Below, one piece after another: positions 10,708 to 18,416 of a stretch of DNA of 62,400 nucleotides. Within the stretch, counting starts at the first letter, position 1. Each line of letters starts with the position of its first letter. The notes under the pieces were generated by a model that saw only the letters and a program-made list of their open reading frames with translations, was not told the origin of the DNA and ran no database searches. Both the position numbers and the translations under genes were made by a program. Origin of the DNA: Thermoproteota archaeon (GTDB lineage Archaea > Asgardarchaeota > Jordiarchaeia > Jordiarchaeales > Freyrarchaeaceae); the NCBI GenBank assembly GCA_029258835.1, contig JAPDJY010000037.1:1-62400 (forward strand), read 5' to 3'.

Positions 10708-11004
10708 TTATTCTTCTTTTTCTCTTAGTACTATTAGTACGAATTCTTGTTCGGGTGCTATTTGGATTTCGCTTTTGCCTGCGTCGAGGGTGAGGAATTT
10801 TAGTCCTTCTTCTCCCATTTCTTTTATGACGCTTCTTGCTTTTCCCACGAGGGATGTTACGAGGGCTGCTATTGTCTCCGTCTTTTGGGGGTCGAGCGTT
10901 GTGCTTATCGGTAGCCCTTCGCTGCTTGTGACGACTACTCCCTTTACTCCGGGGTGTTTCTGGAGTTCTTGAAGTGTTTTCTGGAAAACTTTTGAGCTTA
11001 TCAT
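10708..11004 (-). CDS. Roadblock protein, dynein light chain roadblock (DYNLRB)-like
   Basis: 98 aa; GVKGVVVTSSEGLPISTTLD, KARSV, LKFL....KSEIQIAPEQEFVLIV closely match the eukaryotic DYNLRB pattern. Confidence 0.88.
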   Translation of the reverse strand: MISSKVFQKTLQELQKHPGVKGVVVTSSEGLPISTTLDPQKTETIAALVTSLVGKARSVIKEMGEEGLKFLTLDAGKSEIQIAPEQEFVLIVLREKEE

Positions 11005-11057
11005 TTTTAATCCCCTTGCCGCTCTTTCTTTGATATCATTTTAGGACTTTATGGGAT

Positions 11058-12443
11058 TTAAAGGCTTTCGTCAGGTGCTTCTCCGGGGGTTGATGGGTTT
11101 TGCGTGCTTGTTCTTCTTTTCGTGCTGTGCGTGGCTGGTTGTTTCTGCTCGCTTCTCCCTTGGCTTGCTTCCTGGAGCGTTACTTCATGTTTGGCCTTGA
11201 CTATGGTGTTTGACGGTACATTGGCTGCTACCACGATGCCTGGGGCTATTAGGCTGTTTGCCCCTATGGTTACGCCGGGCATTATCATTACTCCGATTCC
11301 TGTTTTCACGTTGTCCCCTATCACTGCGCCCATCTTCCTTCTCTTGGTGTCGACCTTTCTGCCTTTAACGGTGGCTGTTACGTTCCTTTCGTCGAGCCTC
11401 AGATTTGCTGTTATGGTGCCCGCTCCAAGGTTCACGTTTTCTCCTATTATGCTGTCTCCCACGTAGGAGAGGTGGGCTACGTTTGTCCTGCTCATTATGA
11501 TCGAGTTTTTCACTTCGCATGCGTTCCCTATATGGCAGCTGTCACCTATGACCGTGTAGGGTCTAACGTAGCAGTTTGGCCCTATGACCGCGTTTTCCCC
11601 TATGTGTACTGGCCCCTCTATGTATGCTCCCGCCCTCACTATGGTTCCCCTCCCAACCATGACGGGTGGATGTATGACGACTCCCTTTTCAATTCTGGCT
11701 TCTTCGACGACGACCCTCCTCTCTCCCTCATGCTTCTTCATTAGTTCCTCGTTTGCGGTGAGGAGGTCCCAAGGGTAGCCTACATCTAGCCACCAGCCTT
11801 CTATTCTGTAGGGTATTATTTCTCCGCCTTCATCTATTATTTTCTGAATGGCATCCGTTATCTCGTATTCTCCTCTCTCTGAAAGAGGGACTTCTCTTAA
11901 AGAGTTGAACACCTCGCTGCTGAAAACGTAAATGCCTGCGTTAACTAGGTTGCTGCCTACCTTGACGGTGGGCTTCTCAACCACCCTAACTATTTTCTCT
12001 CCCTTAACCTCGACCACACCGTAGCTTGAAGGGTCAGCGACCTCGGCGAGAGCCATCACATGGCTCCCATGCTTACGGAACGCCTTAACCGCTTCGCCAT
12101 AGTTTTCCCCCTCGGTTAGGACGTCTCCGTTCACGAGGATGAAGTCTTCACCTCCCACAAACTCCTCCGCTAGGCTGGCTGCATGCGCCGTTCCCAGGGG
12201 CTTTTCCTGAACGATGTACTCCACCTTTAAGCCGAGCCGTCCTCCATCACCTACGGCCTCAACCACCTTATCTTTATGTCTTCCCACCACTACAGCGGCT
12301 TCCGTCACACCGCCCCTTTTCAGCATTGATAGTATGTGCTCTAGGATCGGCTTCCCAGCCACGGGGAGAAGCGGCTTGGGACGCGTATGCGTCAAAGGGT
12401 ACATTCGAGTTCCTTCCCCAGCGGCTAAAACCACCGCCTTCAA
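11058..12443 (-). CDS. glmU: Bifunctional sugar-1-phosphate nucleotidylyltransferase/acetyltransferase (archaeal GlmU)
   Basis: LAAGEGTRM, VEKP, hexapeptide repeats, HLSYVGDS, GAGTITANLR. Confidence 0.9.
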   Translation of the reverse strand: MKAVVLAAGEGTRMYPLTHTRPKPLLPVAGKPILEHILSMLKRGGVTEAAVVVGRHKDKVVEAVGDGGRLGLKVEYIVQEKPLGTAHAASLAEEFVGGEDFILVNGDVLTEGENYGEAVKAFRKHGSHVMALAEVADPSSYGVVEVKGEKIVRVVEKPTVKVGSNLVNAGIYVFSSEVFNSLREVPLSERGEYEITDAIQKIIDEGGEIIPYRIEGWWLDVGYPWDLLTANEELMKKHEGERRVVVEEARIEKGVVIHPPVMVGRGTIVRAGAYIEGPVHIGENAVIGPNCYVRPYTVIGDSCHIGNACEVKNSIIMSRTNVAHLSYVGDSIIGENVNLGAGTITANLRLDERNVTATVKGRKVDTKRRKMGAVIGDNVKTGIGVMIMPGVTIGANSLIAPGIVVAANVPSNTIVKAKHEVTLQEASQGRSEQKQPATHSTKRRTSTQNPSTPGEAPDESL

Positions 12444-12511
12444 CGGGGCACCACCAGCCGAAAACCTTTAGCTTTGCCTTCTCATTGTTCGCTTCCTCAT
12501 CATGTTTCCAC

Positions 12512-13114
12512 CTACTCAGGGATGAACTTTTTGCAGGGATCCTCCCTGAGAACCCTTTCCAGCTCGGAGATCGTTAGGCCCTTGACCTCGTCCCCGAAGA
12601 CCTCGCACTTCTCCCTTAACCCTCGCTCCTCTGGGGGGCGAACTACAACCTCAACGGTAATCCCCTCAGCGGTCTTAAGGTAAACGTGAACATACTTCCT
12701 CACCTTCTCCTTCCCCGCCTCCTTAACCCGGACGACCTCGCCGCTTCCCTTCGCTTTCTCCACGACTTCCTGGGGGTCTTCAGCGTAAACTCTAATGTCT
12801 ATGTCACTTCCCTCCCTAGCTGTCCCCCTCCAGACCGAGCCGACGAGCACAGGGTTAAACTCCCTCAACGCCTTCATCACCCTTAACGCTTCAAGTCTGA
12901 GCTTCACCATCATCCTCCTTCTCCCTTCTCCCTCTAGGAGGTCCGCGAGCCTGTCTAGTTCAACAGCTACCTCCCTGTTGCTTGGGAGGACGCTGACCCC
13001 TAGGTTTTCAGCCGCTTGACGCTTTGCCTCGTAATACTCTGAAGCAAACCTGAAGTAGAGAAGGCGAGCTGCCTCCCTAGCAACATGCCTCCTCTTACTC
13101 GAGGAATACCTCAA
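12512..13114 (-). CDS. Minimal nucleotidyltransferase (Pol-beta fold) domain protein
   Basis: LVGSVWRG...SDIDI motif. Confidence 0.8.
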   Translation of the reverse strand: MRYSSSKRRHVAREAARLLYFRFASEYYEAKRQAAENLGVSVLPSNREVAVELDRLADLLEGEGRRRMMVKLRLEALRVMKALREFNPVLVGSVWRGTAREGSDIDIRVYAEDPQEVVEKAKGSGEVVRVKEAGKEKVRKYVHVYLKTAEGITVEVVVRPPEERGLREKCEVFGDEVKGLTISELERVLREDPCKKFIPE

Positions 13115-13245
13115 GTAAACCCCCTGACAACTTGGAACTCCAGCGAAAAATTTCTTTCCCTAATAAGCCGTGAGCCCTTATTGTGGCGCCCCCTCAACGT
13201 GCTACTTTTATAAGTTAGAATCTTATTTGTTACGCCGCTCAGGAG

Positions 13246-14034
13246 GTGAAGCCCTTGACGTATCAGAACATAATACTCGAAAAGGATGGATACGTTGCGA
13301 GAATAATACTTAACAGGCCGAACCGGCTTAACGCCTTAAACCCGGACTTGATGATGGAGCTTGAAAGAGCACTGGAGGAAGTCCAGAACGATAAGGATGT
13401 CCGAGTTCTAGTGATCACGGGTGCAGGAAAGGCTTTCTCTGCTGGCGCGGACGTGACGGTGATGAAGGATGCAACACCCCTTCAGGCAAGGTCATTCTCA
13501 CAGCTTGGGCAGAGAGTTCTAATGAAACTGGAAAACCTAGAGATTCCGGTGATAGCTGCGATAAACGGCTACGCTCTAGGTGGAGGATGCGAGATAGCCC
13601 TGGCATGTGACATTAGAATTGCAAGCGAGAAAGCGCAGCTTGGCCAGCCGGAAATCAACCTAGGGATCATTCCCGGATGGGGTGGATGCATCCGCCTTCC
13701 AAGGATTGTTGGTTCGGCTAAGGCGCTCGAAATAATCCTAACAGGAGACCGGATAAGCGCTCAGGAGGCGCTTCAAGTAGGCTTAGTCAACATGATCGTT
13801 CCAGAAGACCAGCTTGAAAAAGCAGTAAAGGAGCTGGCTGACAAGCTTGCAAGCAAACCCCCCGTAGCAGTGAAACTAGCTAAAAGTGTAGTCAAGAAGG
13901 GGTTGGAGTCAAGCTTGAAGTCTGGCATGAACCTCGAGTCGTCCGCCTTCAGCATATGCTTCGCCACCGAAGACCAGAAGGAAGGCGTAAAGGCATTCTT
14001 GGAGAAGCGTAAACCACAATTCAAGGGAGAGTAG
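13246..14034 (+). CDS. Enoyl-CoA hydratase (crotonase)
   Basis: LNRPNRLNAL, AFSAGAD, GGGCEIA, PEINLGIIPGWGG. Confidence 0.93.
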   Translation: MKPLTYQNIILEKDGYVARIILNRPNRLNALNPDLMMELERALEEVQNDKDVRVLVITGAGKAFSAGADVTVMKDATPLQARSFSQLGQRVLMKLENLEIPVIAAINGYALGGGCEIALACDIRIASEKAQLGQPEINLGIIPGWGGCIRLPRIVGSAKALEIILTGDRISAQEALQVGLVNMIVPEDQLEKAVKELADKLASKPPVAVKLAKSVVKKGLESSLKSGMNLESSAFSICFATEDQKEGVKAFLEKRKPQFKGE

Positions 14035-14104
14035 TTATGGAAACCCCCCTTCCACCATGCTCTTTTTCTTAACTAGGAAAACCTGTGATGATACTCGATT
14101 ACGT

Positions 14105-14117
14105 AACTTTTAAAAAG
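14105..14117 (+). promoter_or_regulatory. BRE/TATA-like promoter for tRNA-Cys-sepCysE-sepCysS
   Basis: AACTTTTAAAAAG about 30 nt upstream of the tRNA start. Confidence 0.55.
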
Positions 14118-14145
14118 TTTCCCGTATATCTGGCTAATCAGCTAA

Positions 14146-14257
14146 GCCGGGGTGGCCGAGTGGCGAGCCCCATCTAGAGGGTGCCAAGCGGCAGGCTGCA
14201 GACCTGCTCTACCGGGGTTCAAAACCGTTAACGGTGAAACTCCCTGCCCCGGCTCCA
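14146..14257 (+). tRNA. tRNA-Cys(GCA) with two non-canonical BHB introns (14168-14187 at position 23/24; 14224-14240 at 59/60), CCA encoded
   Basis: Acceptor GCCGGGG/CCCCGGC, U73, anticodon arm GCAGG-CTGCAGA-CCTGC; removing both BHB-defined introns gives a standard cloverleaf with T-loop TTCAAAT. Confidence 0.93.
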
Positions 14258-14279
14258 CTACTTCTCCAATTTTTGTGAG

Positions 14280-14909
14280 ATGAGACGTATGCCCTTCCTG
14301 ATCCCCCCTGACGTCGTCGATAAGATCACTTCTGCTGTAGATGACCTCATAACTCTCTGGTCTATCATCCGCAGGTCGTCTCCAAGCCACGTGCTTAACG
14401 GAGACGAGGAAAAATCGTTTATTGAACGTTTAAAGCGCGCCTCTCTGCGCCTCTCAGAAGCTCTGGAAAGGCTGGACGTTAAAGAGTCTGGTTTAGAGGG
14501 TCTTGAAAGCTCTCTCTCCACCCTCTCCCCGCATACCACGCTAATACTGGTGGCTTCTCCTTCCCTGCGTAAGAAACTTTTAGGCATGGGCATCCCGCGT
14601 AGCAGGGTGCTGGCCATTGGAGGGCCGCTGACGGTTGACGATATGAAAAAGCTTAACCCGGACATTTCAGACCAAGCTGTGAAGGGTTTAGAGGCTCGCA
14701 TAGAAAGATTTTGGAGAGATCTCGAACGAAGAGCAAAGGAGATAAAGGATGTAATTCTCCTTCTGGGTGAAGGTAAGCGTGCCGATGACATGATAGCTAG
14801 ACGTTCAAGCCTCATATCTGAAAGGACGGGGGTCAACGTTAGGGTTATCCGTTTAAAACGGTTTGACGACCCGTCACTAAAAGTCCTTCTCAGATTTTTT
14901 GGAGGGTGA
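14280..14909 (+). CDS. SepCysE (DUF2100), scaffold of the transsulfursome
   Basis: GGPLTVDDMKKLNPDIS..AVKGL motif typical of DUF2100; about 210 aa; lies between tRNA-Cys and SepCysS. Confidence 0.8.
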   Translation: MRRMPFLIPPDVVDKITSAVDDLITLWSIIRRSSPSHVLNGDEEKSFIERLKRASLRLSEALERLDVKESGLEGLESSLSTLSPHTTLILVASPSLRKKLLGMGIPRSRVLAIGGPLTVDDMKKLNPDISDQAVKGLEARIERFWRDLERRAKEIKDVILLLGEGKRADDMIARRSSLISERTGVNVRVIRLKRFDDPSLKVLLRFFGG

Positions 14910-14912
14910 AGG

Positions 14913-16118
14913 GTGTTGCCGTTTAGCCCTTATGCCACCTCACGCTACTTGAACCTTACAAGGACGACCGAAATGAACATGATAAACCTTAACCCCATCC
15001 AGAGCGGTGGCAGAGCCGGAGACTATCCTGGAGTCGTTAAAGCGGTGCTAGAATTCATCGACGGCTACAGCACATGCGACTACTGCATAAAGGGGAGGCT
15101 CGACGAGATCGAAACACCCCCACTAAGCGACTTTCACGCGGATCTGGCATCCTTCATAGACATGGACGAGGTTCGCTTGCTCCCAGGATGCAGACAAGCA
15201 CAATTTGCAGCCTTCCACAGCCTAGCTGAACCAGGAGACTACGTGGTCGTAGATTCCTTATCCCACTATTCAACTTATTTGGCTGCCGAAAGAGCTAGGT
15301 TGAACATCGTCGAGGTTCCGCATAGCGGACACCCTCACTTCGAAATCAACCCTGAACTTTACGCTGAGAAGATCGAGGAGGTTAAGCGTTCCACGGGTAA
15401 GCTGCCTGCAGTAGTCTTCCTAACGCACGTTGACTACTCATATGGGAACTTGAATGATGCAAAGGAGGTCGGGAAAATAGCCCGTGAGTACGGGGTGCCG
15501 TTCATGTTGAACTGCGCGTATACTATTGGTAGGATGCCTGTCTCGGGAAAATCTCTTCATGCTGACATCGTAACAGCCTCTCTCCACAAGTCTTTCGCAT
15601 CTCCCGCCCCCTCCGGCATTCTAGCAGCCAACGGCGAATACGCGGAGAGAATTTTCGTGAAATCAGAGGTTAAAGGGGACTGGAGTGGCAGGTCGTTCCC
15701 AAATAAGGAGGTGGAGCTTCTGGGTTGCACCCTGCCCGGCTGCGTAGCAGTGGGGGTTATGGCAGCTTTCCCCTATGTCGTGAAGCGGGTGGAAAAATGG
15801 GAAGAGGAGGTGAAGAAGGCACGCTACTTTTCCTCCCAGCTGACCAGGATTGAAGGGGTCGCCCAGCTTGGCCAGGTACCTCACAACCACGACCTCCTCC
15901 ACTTTGAAAGCCCAAGCTTCTTCGACGTTGCCCGGCGCCATCCACGGAAAGGCTTCTTCCTTTACGATGAGCTCAGAGCTAGGGGGGTTGTAGGGGTTCA
16001 ACCCGGCCTTTCGAAATCATGGAAGGTTTCAACCTACGGTCAGAGCTGGGAAAACGTTAAAGCCGCTGCACAAGCCTTCCTTGACATAGCGGAAAAGTAC
16101 GGCGTCTCCGTTCTTTAA
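14913..16118 (+). CDS. pscS: O-phosphoseryl-tRNA:Cys-tRNA synthase (SepCysS)
   Basis: NLNPIQSGG, DGYSTCDYC..GRLDEIETPP, SLHKS PLP lysine, KEVELLGCT. Confidence 0.95.
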   Translation: MLPFSPYATSRYLNLTRTTEMNMINLNPIQSGGRAGDYPGVVKAVLEFIDGYSTCDYCIKGRLDEIETPPLSDFHADLASFIDMDEVRLLPGCRQAQFAAFHSLAEPGDYVVVDSLSHYSTYLAAERARLNIVEVPHSGHPHFEINPELYAEKIEEVKRSTGKLPAVVFLTHVDYSYGNLNDAKEVGKIAREYGVPFMLNCAYTIGRMPVSGKSLHADIVTASLHKSFASPAPSGILAANGEYAERIFVKSEVKGDWSGRSFPNKEVELLGCTLPGCVAVGVMAAFPYVVKRVEKWEEEVKKARYFSSQLTRIEGVAQLGQVPHNHDLLHFESPSFFDVARRHPRKGFFLYDELRARGVVGVQPGLSKSWKVSTYGQSWENVKAAAQAFLDIAEKYGVSVL

Positions 16119-16250
16119 CGTTTTTATGCTGAGTTATGCATGTATATGCTGCATTTTAGAAAAGTTTATTAAACGATCATTAATGATTTTAATGGGCTTA
16201 CCCTCAGCCCTCCTGAAAGGGGAAACTGAGGGAAGAAGGTGATTTAAGGG

Positions 16251-16514
16251 ATGTTTTGCCCTAAAGATGGCTCACTTATGGTTCCGAAAAGGAAAGATGG
16301 TAAGACCGTTTTAGTGTGCAAGAGATGTGGGTACGAGGAAAAGGCGGCGGACGAGAAAAAGTATAAACTCGTTGTTAAAATCCCCCACACGACAAAGGAT
16401 AAAACAGCAGTTGTCGAAGAGGAAATAGGAATACCTCTTAGAAGAGACGAGGAAGAAAGGGAGGAGCTCCGCCGGCAAACTCTAGAGTTCCTCGTTGAAG
16501 AAGGAGAAAGCTAA
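16251..16514 (+). CDS. RpoM/TFS-family zinc-ribbon protein lacking the C-terminal catalytic ribbon
   Basis: MFCPKDGSLMVP...CKRCGY N-terminal ribbon; ends in an acidic helix, no ADE motif. Confidence 0.75.
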   Translation: MFCPKDGSLMVPKRKDGKTVLVCKRCGYEEKAADEKKYKLVVKIPHTTKDKTAVVEEEIGIPLRRDEEEREELRRQTLEFLVEEGES

Positions 16515-16576
16515 CCCTTACTTTCCCTCCAACATTTATTCTTTTTATTCTTTTTCTCCCCTTTTAACTGGCTACG

Positions 16577-17233
16577 GTGATGCACGTGACGCTTCACAAA
16601 GGAAAATTACTTGAAAAGATAAGGGACTGTATCGTACTCCTCAATGGCGGCGAACTTGAAGAGCTAATCAGGGAAGCTTTAACTGAGGGAATACCGCCAT
16701 TAGAAATCCTGAATGCAATGTCAGCTGGAATGGATGAGGTGGGAAAGAAGTATGAAAGCCAAGAATACTTTTTAAGCGAACTTATTTTCAGCGGGGAGAT
16801 ATTTAAGAAAGGAATGGCCCTCCTAGAACCACACTTGAAGGGGGGAGATAGCCCCCCTAGAGGAGTTGTTGTGGTTGGAACGATCGCGAACGATCTCCAT
16901 GACATAGGGAAAAACATTTTTCTAACGCTCCTCATGGCCGCCGGATTTAAAGTGGTGGATCTGGGGGTGGATGTCCCACCAGAAAAGTTCGTTGAGGCGA
17001 TTAAAGAGAATCACGCCGAAATTCTTGGAATTTCGGCTCTTCTAACAGCTACAGCACCTGGAATACGAGAAGTAATAAGGCTGCTAGAAGAAAATAATCT
17101 GCGTGGACGCGTTAAGGTTATCGTCGGGGGGGCTGCTTTAACACGTGAAATGGCTGAGGAGTTCGGAGCCGACGCTTACGCCAAGACAGCTGTAGAAGGC
17201 GTTGAAATATGTAAGAGATGGGTTGAAGGGTAA
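16577..17233 (+). CDS. Corrinoid (cobalamin-binding) methyltransferase partner protein
   Basis: B12 cap GMDEVGKKYE..EYFLSEL; DLHDIGKN; SALLT; VGGA. Confidence 0.92.
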   Translation: MMHVTLHKGKLLEKIRDCIVLLNGGELEELIREALTEGIPPLEILNAMSAGMDEVGKKYESQEYFLSELIFSGEIFKKGMALLEPHLKGGDSPPRGVVVVGTIANDLHDIGKNIFLTLLMAAGFKVVDLGVDVPPEKFVEAIKENHAEILGISALLTATAPGIREVIRLLEENNLRGRVKVIVGGAALTREMAEEFGADAYAKTAVEGVEICKRWVEG

Positions 17234-17248
17234 CACCTCCTGCAGCAG

Positions 17249-18196
17249 CTATCCTCCCTTTTTACTCTTTACGGTTGACCCGAACGCCTCACCCACCTCT
17301 TTAAACATTTCAAAGAATTCTTTTGGAACCACGTACTTCTTAGCCGCCCCCTCACCGATCCTGTTCAACGTTTCCAAGTACTGAAGCGTCATGGTTTTCT
17401 CGTCAATCTTCCTAGCAACGTTCATTATTCTCTCTAAAGACTGAGCGAATCCTTCTGCTCGAAGTATTGCCGCCTGCTTACTCCCCTCCGCTCTAATGGT
17501 GAACGCCTTCCTTTTCGCCTCCGCCCTTGTAACCATCGCCCTCTTTTCGCCCTCTGCTACAAGTATTGATGCCTCCCTTTTACCATCAGCTTGCGCCACG
17601 GTCGCCCTCCTAATCCTTTCAGCCTCCATCTGCCTTATCATCGCGTCCAGAACGGTTGGCGGAGGCAAAATCTCTCGTATTTCAACACCTGTAACCTTAA
17701 CCCCCCACCTCTCCGTTACCTCATCGAGCTTCTCTTGGAGGACGGCGTTTATGTGCTCCCTCTCGGCAAGCACTCCATCCAAGTTTATGTCCCCCACCAC
17801 CGACCTGAGGGTTGTCTGAGCTATTCCCACCGCTGCAAGCCTCCAGTTTGCAACCTTAAGGACAGAGTCGAGAGGGTCGACAACCTTATGGTAGATTATC
17901 ACGTCTATGTCAACCGGAGCATTATCTCTCGTTATACATCTCTGATGAGGCACTTCAAAGTAGTCCTCCCTAAGATCCACCTTAACCATCCTATCAATAA
18001 TGGGTATCAGGTAGACGATTCCTGGGCCTTTAACGTTTGGAAGAGCTCTTCCAAGCCTAAATACAATACCTCTCTCGTACTCCCTTAAAATCCTTAAACC
18101 ACTAAGCAAGATCAACGCCACGAAAAAAAGGATCACCACTAGAGCCATGAGGAAAGGTGTCTCAGCAATCCCTTCTTGAAGAGGCAAAAGCAACAT
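17249..18196 (-). CDS. SPFH/band-7 (stomatin/QmcA-like) membrane protein
   Basis: N-terminal TM helix, EYERGIVFRLG, AQTTLRSVVG, RQMEAER, LQYLETL. Confidence 0.93.
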   Translation of the reverse strand: MLLLPLQEGIAETPFLMALVVILFFVALILLSGLRILREYERGIVFRLGRALPNVKGPGIVYLIPIIDRMVKVDLREDYFEVPHQRCITRDNAPVDIDVIIYHKVVDPLDSVLKVANWRLAAVGIAQTTLRSVVGDINLDGVLAEREHINAVLQEKLDEVTERWGVKVTGVEIREILPPPTVLDAMIRQMEAERIRRATVAQADGKREASILVAEGEKRAMVTRAEAKRKAFTIRAEGSKQAAILRAEGFAQSLERIMNVARKIDEKTMTLQYLETLNRIGEGAAKKYVVPKEFFEMFKEVGEAFGSTVKSKKGG

Positions 18197-18416
18197 TTAC
18201 CCCTCCTTCTTGAAGAAGGAAGCCTTCCATCCTTAAGAACATTTCCCATTTACTATCTTCCACCATTCTTGCTTCTTTCCAGCATCAAGCTCCCATCACA
18301 TAACACCATATAAGTATCATAAGTATCTTTTTTAAAGAATGAAGTTAAAGAGTAAAGGTAAAGAATAAAATTCAAAGGGAGATGCGTCTTCACTTGTCTA
18401 AGAGTGAGGGAGAGAA

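Noticed and set aside
14142-14836. Minus-strand ORFs over tRNA-Cys and sepCysE
   Set aside because: Antisense shadows of well-supported plus-strand features.
16201-16232. Hairpin as a SECIS element
   Set aside because: Lacks the GAA/A or AUGA/GA core, and no UGA-interrupted selenoprotein was seen nearby.
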